From Bacteriovoracaceae bacterium (GTDB lineage: Bacteria; Bdellovibrionota; Bacteriovoracia; Bacteriovoracales; Bacteriovoracaceae), in NCBI GenBank assembly GCA_048270185.1, contig JBLWTJ010000001.1, forward strand, positions 1,312,001 through 1,376,000: a DNA stretch of 64,000 nucleotides. Reading direction: 5' to 3'. Below the pieces are notes generated by a model. That model was given only the letters and a program-made list of their open reading frames with translations. It was not told where the DNA came from and searched no databases. Made by a program: the position numbers and the translations under genes. This document shows positions 37,408 through 46,835 of the stretch, in pieces (the stretch's first letter is position 1; each line of letters begins with the position of its first letter).

Positions 37408-37965
37408 ATGAGGTTTGCTGTGTCAAAAGTCTTATTTTCTGGAAAAATCAAAGTTAAAGGTGCTGGCGCCGACGTTATTTATAAATTCGACACAACAGAG
37501 CCAACTCTTGATGAAGTGGTAATGACCAATTTTTCGCATCTGGATTTCTCTGAATCAGAAAAGAGAATTCTATCAGCAAAGAACCGCAAAGATATTTATA
37601 AATTTGAACATCTAAATTCAAAAGATATTTCGAAGTATGCAAATGATCTACTCTCCCTAATCAATAAGGTGAGTTCTGATCGCATTCAAATAGATTCATG
37701 TGATGCTGGAACATTTATTTGTTTGGCCCTAATTTATTCGGGAAAAATCCCATCCCACAAAGAAGTACACTTTAAACTTAAATCAGTTCCACTCAATCTC
37801 TTTCCAAAAAATCTAGTTAAGCACAAAATTCCAAAGCATAATGTATCAATCTCACTGTGTAACTCAGAGAGTTGGATCAAGGAATTTCGCTCACTACAAA
37901 AGTCTCCAGAATATCTTGAACTGAGTCATATTTCGCCACAAGAAGACTTCGACCTAGTCGGCTAG
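37408..37965 (+). CDS. Hypothetical protein
   Basis: 185-codon ORF; alternative start GTG 37420 after GAGG. Confidence 0.6.
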   Translation: MRFAVSKVLFSGKIKVKGAGADVIYKFDTTEPTLDEVVMTNFSHLDFSESEKRILSAKNRKDIYKFEHLNSKDISKYANDLLSLINKVSSDRIQIDSCDAGTFICLALIYSGKIPSHKEVHFKLKSVPLNLFPKNLVKHKIPKHNVSISLCNSESWIKEFRSLQKSPEYLELSHISPQEDFDLVG

Positions 37966-38004
37966 ACATTGACTTTTCGCCCTGTATCGCAAATCATTAA
38001 ATGA

Positions 38005-38826
38005 GTGATAAAACTTATACTCTTACTCATATTCTCTCTTAGTAGTTTTGCAAATTACCCGTACTTTAAGTTCGACTCTTCAAAACTACAGCTAAGCCAA
38101 GCAAGTTATCGTCGTTACGTAAGGCCTCAGCTGCGCTCAATTAAGAATGACTTCTACTATATTGTTAAGAGAATCACCTATACTTCACAGGATTTTATTA
38201 ATCTTCGCGAAAATAGCCTCAAGCTAAACCTTGTTTTTGAAGAAGCTTATCGTGCCTGTAAAATGAATCAGAAAGCTTGCTATGATTCACTCAAAACAGT
38301 AACTCCCCTCAATCAGAGTATTGAGCGCAATATCAAAAAACTAAGAGATGACTTCAACAAACTTCCTGTTGATCAGTACTCAAATGTGGATAATTACATC
38401 AACCTTATTTCTATCCTTGATAAGATCGACAATCTTAATATGCAAATTGAAAGTTACGTGCAACTACTACACTTAACAGATAAAACAAACTTCGCAACCT
38501 ATGTTCCTCGTATTGATAAGTACCGAAACTATGTTGGTAAGATCTACAATTATTCTAATGATGCTTTTAACTATATCTTCCCAGATGCTCTTAAACCTTC
38601 ATTTGATCAATTCGTTGATAAGTTTCTCTCACCTCTTGAATTAAGAATGATCCCAGAGAATAATACAAAATGGTTCTTTGGACGTCTTGGTGAACTTAAT
38701 ATGAACTGGAATGTCTTCCATATGGACCTTGAAAAAGGTCAAACAGGATTCCCTCGTGAATACGTTAGAAACGTAAAGGTCATGCACGCGAGATGGAATA
38801 GTATTTTAAAATTACTTTTCTACTAG
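38005..38826 (+). CDS. Exported hypothetical protein, predicted helical
   Basis: Signal peptide ending SSFA; 273 aa. Confidence 0.7.
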   Translation: MIKLILLLIFSLSSFANYPYFKFDSSKLQLSQASYRRYVRPQLRSIKNDFYYIVKRITYTSQDFINLRENSLKLNLVFEEAYRACKMNQKACYDSLKTVTPLNQSIERNIKKLRDDFNKLPVDQYSNVDNYINLISILDKIDNLNMQIESYVQLLHLTDKTNFATYVPRIDKYRNYVGKIYNYSNDAFNYIFPDALKPSFDQFVDKFLSPLELRMIPENNTKWFFGRLGELNMNWNVFHMDLEKGQTGFPREYVRNVKVMHARWNSILKLLFY

Positions 38827-38883
38827 CCCAAATAGTCGACTCCGGCTCCTGCCTCTCGTCGACATACCGTCCATCGTGGACAT

Positions 38884-38909
38884 AAAAAAAGGCTCCCATC
38901 GGGAGCCTT
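38884..38909 (-). terminator. Rho-independent terminator of rpsU
   Basis: AAGGCTCCC-ATC-GGGAGCCTT stem with a T7 tract on the minus strand. Confidence 0.8.
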
Positions 38910-38935
38910 CAGTATATAAGAAATTTAAATCTTAA

Positions 38936-39160
38936 TTAGATTTTTGAACCTCTACCGTACTTAGTCTGAGTCTTTTTACGTCTCTTTTCAGCCGCCTGTA
39001 GTTTTTCTTTATTTCTAATAGAAGGTTTCTTATACTCTTGTCTCTTTCTGTATTCTCTAATAACACCGAAAGCTTCACAAAATCTTTTGAACTTCTTAAG
39101 TGCTCTTTCAGCGCTTAGTCTTTCATCGATTTCAATCTTGATTGAGTAATCTTTTGCCAT
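38936..39160 (-). CDS. rpsU: 30S ribosomal protein S21
   Basis: ERALKKFKR..GVIREYRKRQEYKKPS. Confidence 0.9.
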   Translation of the reverse strand: MAKDYSIKIEIDERLSAERALKKFKRFCEAFGVIREYRKRQEYKKPSIRNKEKLQAAEKRRKKTQTKYGRGSKI

Positions 39161-39313
39161 TGTAATTCACCCCCTTCTATCTTTTTTTCTCACTACCTTT
39201 AACGATAGCCTGTTTGAGATTTGTCGCTATAGTCCTAGCGAGATTCGGCAAGTTAAGTTACACTGCGGCTAGAATTGTGTCAACGGCCAATTACAAGGGC
39301 GATAGGAATAATA

Positions 39314-40564
39314 GTGCAACAAGGATTATTTAACTCTCCAGATTCTAAAGAAAATCAGGTCACACCACTGGCTCACCGAGTCAGACCACAGGGTAAGCTT
39401 GAATATGAAGGCTTTGATATACTTGCAAAGAGATTTCCCTTTCTAAAAGGAGAATCCATTCCGTCGATGATTATTTGGGGCCCACCTGGTTCAGGCAAGA
39501 CAACTCTTGCCAAGGTCCTAGGGCACGAAATTGAGGCCAATTTCTACGAGTTTAGTGCTGTCCTATCGGGTGTTGCTGATCTAAAGAAACTTATTCAGCA
39601 GGCCCAAGAAGAATCAAAAGATTATCAACGAAAATCCATTATCTTCATCGATGAGATTCATCGTTTTAATAAGGCCCAGCAAGACGCCCTACTTCCTCAT
39701 GTAGAGCAAGGAAGTTTTATCTTAATTGGCGCAACGACAGAAAATCCGCGTCGTAGTGTAAATCGCGCACTTCTGTCACGTATGAAAGTTATCGAGCTTA
39801 AGTCTTTTACAACTCAGAGAATTTTCGCACTTATTAATAGAACAATTGCTAAGCTAGATATCGAAATTTCCAAAGAGTATGTCGATCTTATTTGCGAGTA
39901 TGCTAATGGTGATGCGCGCATCGCACTTGGAAGCCTTGAAGTTATTCTATCATTAAAAGATGATAGCGAACTCGATTTTGAAACAGTCAAAAATATCATT
40001 AAAGAAAACTCACGAAATTTTGATGCTGGAGGAGATCGTCATTACGATGTGATTTCGGCCTTTATTAAAAGTATGCGTGGAAGTGATCCAAATGCGTCCA
40101 TTCTATGGCTTGCTGTTATGTTAGATGGCGGAGAAGATCCAGTTTTCATTGCCAGACGACTTGTCATCTTTGCAAGTGAAGATGTGGGTAATGCCGATTT
40201 GAATGCGCTTACAGTAGCAACTAATGCACTTCACGTTGTTCAAAATATAGGTATGCCAGAAGCACGTATTACACTTGCTCAGGCCACAACATATCTTGCT
40301 AGTACAGTTAAGAGTAACGCCGCCTACATGGCCATCAATGAAGCTCTGACCTATGTTGAAAACTCACAAACAATAGAAGTTCCTGAACACTTAAAGAATT
40401 TTCCAGACAAGAATCACAAAGTGGTTTATCAGTATCCACATAGCTTTGACGGTGCTTTTATTAAGCAGCAATACGCACCTAAAGATACACCGAAGTTCTA
40501 TCAACCAAAGGATATTGGTGTTGAAAAGAATATTAGAAATCGTCTAAAGGAATTGTGGGATTAA
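39314..40564 (+). CDS. rarA: Replication-associated recombination protein A
   Basis: PLAHRVRP, WGPPGSGKTT, DEIHRFNKAQQD, GATTENP and SAFIKSMRGSD. Start moved to GTG 39314. Confidence 0.94.
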   Translation: MQQGLFNSPDSKENQVTPLAHRVRPQGKLEYEGFDILAKRFPFLKGESIPSMIIWGPPGSGKTTLAKVLGHEIEANFYEFSAVLSGVADLKKLIQQAQEESKDYQRKSIIFIDEIHRFNKAQQDALLPHVEQGSFILIGATTENPRRSVNRALLSRMKVIELKSFTTQRIFALINRTIAKLDIEISKEYVDLICEYANGDARIALGSLEVILSLKDDSELDFETVKNIIKENSRNFDAGGDRHYDVISAFIKSMRGSDPNASILWLAVMLDGGEDPVFIARRLVIFASEDVGNADLNALTVATNALHVVQNIGMPEARITLAQATTYLASTVKSNAAYMAINEALTYVENSQTIEVPEHLKNFPDKNHKVVYQYPHSFDGAFIKQQYAPKDTPKFYQPKDIGVEKNIRNRLKELWD

Positions 40565-40966
40565 TTAATCCCAACGTGAATAGATAACATAGGCGTCTGT
40601 TTGTAGATCTTTGTTAACAAAGAAGAAGCCCATATTAGATTCAACATAACAAGACATTGAATACTCGTGTCCAGGAATGACTTCAACACAACGACTCTTT
40701 GCACGCCCTGTTGGAGTTTTAGCAAAGTTGATGGCAGCATTACTATTACAACCATTAAGCTCAAGAGTTACTCTAATCAGAGCAACAGCTTCTTCAAGGT
40801 GATTATTTTCATAATCATTATCAATTTCATCTGTATTGATTTTAAAAGCACGGCTATCAACATTTAGATCATACGTTAATTTCTTAATACAGCTTAATGT
40901 CGCCTTATTATATGCAGACGCATTGAAAGATATAAGTAAGCTAAGTGCAAAAACGTATTTCATCAT
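40565..40966 (-). CDS. Exported hypothetical protein
   Basis: Signal peptide, 4 Cys, ends in YSRWD. Confidence 0.7.
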   Translation of the reverse strand: MMKYVFALSLLISFNASAYNKATLSCIKKLTYDLNVDSRAFKINTDEIDNDYENNHLEEAVALIRVTLELNGCNSNAAINFAKTPTGRAKSRCVEVIPGHEYSMSCYVESNMGFFFVNKDLQTDAYVIYSRWD

Positions 40967-41198
40967 AAGTTCACCCTAATAAGTTATGTTGAGTTCAAAT
41001 CGACTTATACAAAATGGCTTCCAAGAAATCTACAAAAAACGGTTATTTTATAACTTTTTTGGCCATAGCAATGCATCTACTAACTAAAATTACATAATTA
41101 GAGTATGTTTATTAGAAAAACTTAAAATTTGTATTAGCCATTTTAATAATTATATCTTATAAATGCTCCACACACACAAACCATTAAAGGGGATTTTG

Positions 41199-42017
41199 AT
41201 GAAAATCGTAATCGTTTTAGCAACACTACTTTTCACTCTTACGAGTACTGCCGCAGAATTAAACAACTACTACCCAAAAGAAACTGAAAGCTACATCGCA
41301 AGAGGTGGAGAATCACTAAAGGATTACCTTTTTGAAGTTCTAAACACAGCTCACCAAAGAACTAAGAGTAGAGATACTCTTGGATGTGATAGTTCAGACT
41401 ATGGTAGATGTTACAGCCAAAAAAGCCTTGGCTATAAAGGTGCAAGAAAAGTTCTTTTTGGAAAAATTCACCTTAAAGAAGACGATAAAGGTTACTTCAT
41501 TAAAGATGTATACTGTCAAAAAACACTTAGAAGAGTTCACACTCGTTCAATGGGTCCAGGACAAATCCCTAATTCAAACGTTCTTAACTGTGAGCACACT
41601 TGGCCACAATCAAAATTCTCAGGACGTTTTGGAAAAGACCTTCAAAAATCAGACCTACACCACCTATACCCAACTGATTCAAAAGCTAACTCTGTAAGAG
41701 GTAACTATGAATTTGATAACGTTAATGGTTCACCAGTAGATTACGAAGATTGTACAGCTTCACAAACTCAAGGTAACGGTGCATTCGAGCCACCAAATGA
41801 GCACAAAGGAAACGTAGCAAGAGCACTTTTCTACTTCTCAGTAAGATACGATATCTCAATCTCATCAAGACAAGAAGAAGTTCTAAGAGAGTGGGACAAG
41901 CTTGATCCAATCGATGCAGACGAAAGAGAAAGAAACGAAATCATCTTCGCTGTACAAAAAAACAGAAACCCATTTATCGACATTCCTGGGTTAGCAACTA
42001 AAATCAATAATTTCTAA
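41199..42017 (+). CDS. Secreted endonuclease I family (His-Me finger) nuclease
   Basis: NCEHTWPQS, DLHHLYP..ANSVR, KGNVARALFY and NRNPFID. Start ATG 41199 after AAGGGG. Confidence 0.92.
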   Translation: MKIVIVLATLLFTLTSTAAELNNYYPKETESYIARGGESLKDYLFEVLNTAHQRTKSRDTLGCDSSDYGRCYSQKSLGYKGARKVLFGKIHLKEDDKGYFIKDVYCQKTLRRVHTRSMGPGQIPNSNVLNCEHTWPQSKFSGRFGKDLQKSDLHHLYPTDSKANSVRGNYEFDNVNGSPVDYEDCTASQTQGNGAFEPPNEHKGNVARALFYFSVRYDISISSRQEEVLREWDKLDPIDADERERNEIIFAVQKNRNPFIDIPGLATKINNF

Positions 42018-42029
42018 TTAAAAAATAAC

Positions 42030-42058
42030 AAAGGCCTTCATTAAGAAGGCCTTTTTTT
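42030..42058 (+). terminator. Rho-independent terminator
   Basis: AAAGGCCTTC..GAAGGCCTTT followed by a T tract. Confidence 0.8.
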
Positions 42059-42141
42059 ATGACGAAATCTTACTTTAAAAAAACCATTTCCCATTTAAGA
42101 ATTACTTTGAGATGCTTTTACTATAACTCTTCATCAAGGAT

Positions 42142-42900
42142 TTGAATTTGAAGTTAAAACTCCTCACGATTATTTTTGTGGCCTTCACGACGACGGCCGG
42201 TTACTACCCTGAAAACTTTAAAACAGAAATTGCAAACGACCTCTTAAAAAACGAAAACCTCCGCACAGAACTTCAGATCATCATTAGTCATGGACAGAAA
42301 AAGAATGGCTATGGTGAGGCTAAGAAATACCTTTTTAATGAACTACATTTAAAGAAAGATAATGCTAATCACCCATATGTTCGCGGCGTATACTGTGACA
42401 AGATTTTCACAGAATCAACACCAGATATTGGTAAGCTTGGTAGTGGACGAATTCCTAATCACCAAGTAGTAAACTGTGAGCACACTTGGCCACAATCTCG
42501 CTTTGTTCGTGGATATGATTCTAAATTACAAAAGGGAGATCTTCACCACCTCTTCCCGACTGACTCAAAAGCAAATAGCACAAGAAGCTCAAATGATTTT
42601 GGAGAAGTACCAAACGGTAAGAATGCGACGAAGTCATGTTCAGCATCACATTCAGATGGACGCTACTTCGAGCCACCAAACTTCCATAAAGGAAATGTTG
42701 CTCGTGCAATGTTCTACTTTGCTGTTCGCTACAATGGATCAATTAATTCAAGAATGGAAAAATACCTACGTAAGTGGCATGAAGAAGATCCAGTGGATCA
42801 AGAAGAAATCGAAAGAAATGATGCAATTGAAAGAATTCAACACAATAGAAATCCTTTCATCGATTACCCGGAACTAGTTTCAAAAATCAAAGATTTCTAG
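42142..42900 (+). CDS. Secreted endonuclease I family nuclease, tandem paralogue
   Basis: NCEHTWPQS, DLHHLFP, KGNVARAMFY and NRNPFID. Confidence 0.92.
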   Translation: MNLKLKLLTIIFVAFTTTAGYYPENFKTEIANDLLKNENLRTELQIIISHGQKKNGYGEAKKYLFNELHLKKDNANHPYVRGVYCDKIFTESTPDIGKLGSGRIPNHQVVNCEHTWPQSRFVRGYDSKLQKGDLHHLFPTDSKANSTRSSNDFGEVPNGKNATKSCSASHSDGRYFEPPNFHKGNVARAMFYFAVRYNGSINSRMEKYLRKWHEEDPVDQEEIERNDAIERIQHNRNPFIDYPELVSKIKDF

Positions 42901-43014
42901 AACCTTTTCTACCTTCTGGCGGCCTATCTCATTTAGGCCGTCAAAATATACTGTCGCAACAGCAGCATTCGCAAGAGTCACAACAACCCCAAGAAAGAAT
43001 AAAAACTTAACCAT
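42880..43014 (-). CDS. Small hydrophobic protein (44 aa), not in ORF track
   Basis: AAGGAGG RBS. Translation MVKFLFFLGVVVTLANAAVATVYFDGLNEIGRQKVEKVLEIFDF. Confidence 0.6.
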   Translation of the reverse strand: MVKFLFFLGVVVTLANAAVATVYFDGLNEIGRQKVEKVLEIFDF

Positions 43015-43127
43015 GTAAGCCTCCTTGCTTATTAAACGGTAACATTGGGACTAAGTTATCTCAAATTCTATTTGATTAAGATTGTGTGAAGATAGAAATT
43101 TAAAGAAAATAGGAGTATAAAGTCTAT

Positions 43128-43850
43128 ATGTTCCAATTCATTAAAAACTTCATTAATCACCAAAGATTTAATACTAAGGCCAAAGTTGCTTTCACTAATT
43201 TCTACCGATTCGCTAAAGAATCACAGACATTTCGAGAGTATTGCAAACAAGTCCACGGCATTGATTGCTTCATGCAAAATAATGTCTCAAAAGCTCAATT
43301 TAAGGCCATCACAAAGAACTTTAGTGAAGGACAACAAGTACTTGATATTGGCTGCGGAACAGGCCATTTAACGTCTTACTTAGCTAGTGAATATAAGCTA
43401 AAGGCCAATGGTGTGGATCTGGTTGCCAGCGATGAAAAATTCAAAGAAGCTAATTTTGAAATTACTTCTCTTGGAGAGAATCGCTACGATCTTGCTGTTT
43501 CATTTGACGGCTTCTATATGCTCAATGACCTCAAAAAGACTTTAGAGAAGATTAAGAAGTCTCTAAAGCCAGGAGGAAAATTTATTCTAACTTATACTAC
43601 AAGCAAAGACTTTACGAAGACTAAGCTAGGAAAGATTCTAAAAAACGAAAAGTATGAAATAAAAGACTTCACCCAAGATGATGCAAAATTTAACCTCGAG
43701 GCCAAGAGAGTCCTTGAAAAGTTAGAGCCTAAATTCGTTGAAGAAGGCAATATCTCAACATACCGAACAAAGTATCATGAGATAGCAAAGAATGTTGAGG
43801 CCCATGAATCAAAAGCGATGAAGAGATACCTCGTAACTATTTCTAAGTAG
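43128..43850 (+). CDS. Class I SAM-dependent methyltransferase
   Basis: VLDIGCGTG, YDLAVS and LKPGGKF. Confidence 0.88.
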   Translation: MFQFIKNFINHQRFNTKAKVAFTNFYRFAKESQTFREYCKQVHGIDCFMQNNVSKAQFKAITKNFSEGQQVLDIGCGTGHLTSYLASEYKLKANGVDLVASDEKFKEANFEITSLGENRYDLAVSFDGFYMLNDLKKTLEKIKKSLKPGGKFILTYTTSKDFTKTKLGKILKNEKYEIKDFTQDDAKFNLEAKRVLEKLEPKFVEEGNISTYRTKYHEIAKNVEAHESKAMKRYLVTISK

Positions 43851-43943
43851 TTAGCAAATTTTATTGTAGGCCAAAAGTTTTCTTTGTTAAGACTTTGTGA
43901 ACTCGTTTTACTTTGAGCTCCTGGCTTTTTATAGTTTTAAACT

Positions 43944-44564
43944 ATGAAGAACCTCACCCTTATTTTTCTCGTCATCTTTTTAACCTTTAAAACATTTGGT
44001 GCTAGAGCTGCTGAAATCAAGGGCATCAAGATCTCTAGTCATGTCAATGAGTTCTCTGTCATCGACTCAAAGTATGCAAGGGAGATTTTTCTAGGCCTCC
44101 CCGTCAGAAACACTCCCTCTTCGGTTGTGGGAGATCGCATCTTTCGCCATCACAAGTACTTCTTCTGTGTACGTGAACCTGATCACAGATTTCACTGTCA
44201 CTTATACTTAAATGGAATTGGAGAGGGTGAACTCTCTGCATTTGATACTGATACCGATTTTGGAAAAGGTTCAGTAGTTGAATTCTTAACGACGGTTAAG
44301 GCAAATGGTAAAGCAGATATAAGCTTTGATAAGAATATATTAAAAATCAAATTTGACGGAGCTCTGGCCAGAAGGTTCTGGCAAAAACTTGACCTCATTG
44401 CCGATGATTACCACACGATAGGAAATAAAAAATATGAGGTAAGAAAAGGAAAACACCTTAACTGCTATATCGAGAAGAATGAGAAAAAAGATCACTATCG
44501 CTGCCAATTTAACGTTAAAATAAATACTGATAAAACAGAATTTGAAACTAATGAATTAAACTAG
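43944..44564 (+). CDS. Exported hypothetical protein
   Basis: Signal peptide; two similar C-x(7-9)-C segments (A.(E/R).F..L ... C....C), suggesting an internal duplication. Confidence 0.65.
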   Translation: MKNLTLIFLVIFLTFKTFGARAAEIKGIKISSHVNEFSVIDSKYAREIFLGLPVRNTPSSVVGDRIFRHHKYFFCVREPDHRFHCHLYLNGIGEGELSAFDTDTDFGKGSVVEFLTTVKANGKADISFDKNILKIKFDGALARRFWQKLDLIADDYHTIGNKKYEVRKGKHLNCYIEKNEKKDHYRCQFNVKINTDKTEFETNELN

Positions 44565-44572
44565 AGGGCTTT

Positions 44573-45145
44573 ATGAAATTAATTGGTTCAACGACATCAC
44601 CTTACGTAAGAAAAGTTAGATTAGTTCTCCATGATCTTGGAATTCCTTTTGAATTAGAACAAGTTAGTGCACTTGCACCGGAAAGTGCTAGTAAGCTTGA
44701 GGCCATCAATGCCGCAAGAAGGGTTCCTATTCTAGAAACAGAAGATGGAATTATTTTTGATTCAACTATTATCTGTGAATACTTACTTGCTAAACAAGGC
44801 AAGGAGATTGACCTTAGTACAAAACTTAATCTACGTCTCATTGATGAACTTTGTGATTCGGCCATCCTCCTCTACCAACAAAAGCTTTGGAACTCTGATA
44901 AAAACTGGGAAACGAAATTTTCTAAGAATCAACTAAGTCGCGTAACTAGCGTTCTTAATGGACTTGAAAGTAAAGTTGCTAATAATGATTTAAATCAGAT
45001 GGAGAAAGATTGGCTTCTATGTGTTTTAGATTGGATAACTTTTAGAGATTTCTTTAATTGGAGTATTGATCATAAGGCATTAGATAAGTTTCACAAGAGT
45101 CACAAATCCCAGGAACGCTATCTTTCAACTTCACCACACCTATAA
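44573..45145 (+). CDS. Glutathione S-transferase family protein
   Basis: SPYVRKVR, VPIL and FDSTIICEYL. Confidence 0.88.
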   Translation: MKLIGSTTSPYVRKVRLVLHDLGIPFELEQVSALAPESASKLEAINAARRVPILETEDGIIFDSTIICEYLLAKQGKEIDLSTKLNLRLIDELCDSAILLYQQKLWNSDKNWETKFSKNQLSRVTSVLNGLESKVANNDLNQMEKDWLLCVLDWITFRDFFNWSIDHKALDKFHKSHKSQERYLSTSPHL

Positions 45146-45170
45146 AAAAAGGCCCTTTTAAAGGGCCTTT
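45144..45170. terminator. Bidirectional Rho-independent terminator
   Basis: A7-GGCCCTTT..AAAGGGCC-TTT between convergent genes. Confidence 0.8.
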
Positions 45171-45185
45171 CATCAAATAAATAGA

Positions 45186-46814
45186 TTAGAATAATTGTGA
45201 CCAATCAGTCGTTTGAAGAGTGTTGATAACATGTCTAAGGAACTTAGATCCGATCTCACCATCAATTAGTCTGTGGTCATAAGTGTGAGTTGCATACATC
45301 ATCTGACGAATTGCAATTGCATCATCTTCAGTAACAATTGGACGCTTCTTCATTGTACCAACGCAGAAGATACCAAGTTGTGGTTGAAGGATAACTGGAG
45401 TTGCCATTAGGATTCCAAAAGATCCGTTATTTGTGAAAGTATAAGTTCCACCTGACATATCATCCATCGTTAGCTTCTTAGCTCTTGCCTTTTGAACAAG
45501 CTCGTCTAGCTTTCTAGCAATTCCTCTAATATTTAAATTATCTGCACCCTTGATAACAGGAACAACAAGTCCGTTACCAGGAACAGCTACCGCACAACCA
45601 AGGTTGATATCTTTCTTCATGTGAATTTCATCACCAACAATTGAAGAGTTTACCATTGGGAATTCTTTAAGCGCTTGAACGAGAGCATAAAGAATGAAGT
45701 GCGTATAAGTTAGAGAGAAACCTTCTTCTTTTTTGAATTGGTTTTTAAATGTTTCTCTAAACTTAAATAGGTTTGTCATATCAACTTCATCCATCGAGTT
45801 AACGTGTGGAGAAGTCATTTTAGAAGCGATCATATTCTTAGCAATCGCTTTTCTCATATTATCCATTTGGATAACTTCAACACGTCCACTAGTTGTTGAT
45901 GGAACAGAAGCTGGAGCTGGCGCTGCTTTTGGAGCTGGTGCCGCTGCTGGAGCAGGAGCTGAAGTTGTTGAAGCAGGTGCTGCTCCTCTATTATTTAGGA
46001 AGTTCATGAAGTCGGCTTTGTTAACACGTCCGCCTGCTCCACTTCCTGAAAGGTGTGCTAATTCATTAAGATCAACACCGTGTTTCGCTGCTAGTGTTCT
46101 AACAAGTGGAGTATAGAAACGACGACCTGCTGGAGCTGAAGCTGCTGCCGGAGCTGCTGCAACTGCCGCCGCTGGAGCCGCTGCTGCTGGAGCACTTGCT
46201 ACTGCAGCCGTTGTTGTCGCTGCCGCACCAAATGCTTTTGATGTATCAGTTTCAATTGCTGCGATTTTAATTCCAACGTCAATTGTCTCACCTTCTTCAA
46301 AGAGAATTTGCTCAACACGACCAGCATACGGAGATGGAATCTCTGATTCAACTTTATCAGTCGAGATTTCAAGTAGTATTTCATCGATTTCGATCATATC
46401 ACCTGGTTGCTTGTGCCACTTAGTGATTGTACCGTTTGTGATTGATTCACCCATTTGAGGCATAACAACATCTTCAAGTGTATCAGAAGAAGCTGTCGCT
46501 GCCGGAGCAGGTGCTGGTGTTGCTGCCGGAGCAGGTGCTGCCGCTGCCGCAGGAGCTGAAGAAACAGCCGCATTAGCATCATCATCAATTGCTGCGATTT
46601 TTACACCAACATCAATTGTCTCACCTTCTTCGAAAAGAATCTCAACGATCTTTCCAGAAAATGGAGAAGGGATTTCAGATTCAACTTTATCAGTCGAAAT
46701 CTCAAGTAGGATTTCATCAATCTCAATCGTGTCACCAACTTGCTTGTGCCACTTTGTGATCGTTCCGTTTGTAATAGACTCACCCATTTGTGGCATTACG
46801 ATATCATTTTTCAT
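45186..46814 (-). CDS. 2-oxoacid dehydrogenase E2 dihydrolipoamide acyltransferase (two lipoyl domains; SucB/DlaT-like)
   Basis: Two STDKVESEIPSP lipoyl domains, Ala/Pro linkers, an E3-binding domain and the catalytic YDHRLIDG. Confidence 0.93.
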   Translation of the reverse strand: MKNDIVMPQMGESITNGTITKWHKQVGDTIEIDEILLEISTDKVESEIPSPFSGKIVEILFEEGETIDVGVKIAAIDDDANAAVSSAPAAAAAPAPAATPAPAPAATASSDTLEDVVMPQMGESITNGTITKWHKQPGDMIEIDEILLEISTDKVESEIPSPYAGRVEQILFEEGETIDVGIKIAAIETDTSKAFGAAATTTAAVASAPAAAAPAAAVAAAPAAASAPAGRRFYTPLVRTLAAKHGVDLNELAHLSGSGAGGRVNKADFMNFLNNRGAAPASTTSAPAPAAAPAPKAAPAPASVPSTTSGRVEVIQMDNMRKAIAKNMIASKMTSPHVNSMDEVDMTNLFKFRETFKNQFKKEEGFSLTYTHFILYALVQALKEFPMVNSSIVGDEIHMKKDINLGCAVAVPGNGLVVPVIKGADNLNIRGIARKLDELVQKARAKKLTMDDMSGGTYTFTNNGSFGILMATPVILQPQLGIFCVGTMKKRPIVTEDDAIAIRQMMYATHTYDHRLIDGEIGSKFLRHVINTLQTTDWSQLF

Positions 46815-46835
46815 ATTCAGTCCTTATATATTTAA

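Noticed and set aside
46199..46814. Internal DNA repeat in the E2 gene
   Set aside because: Explained by ordinary tandem lipoyl domains and Ala/Pro linkers.
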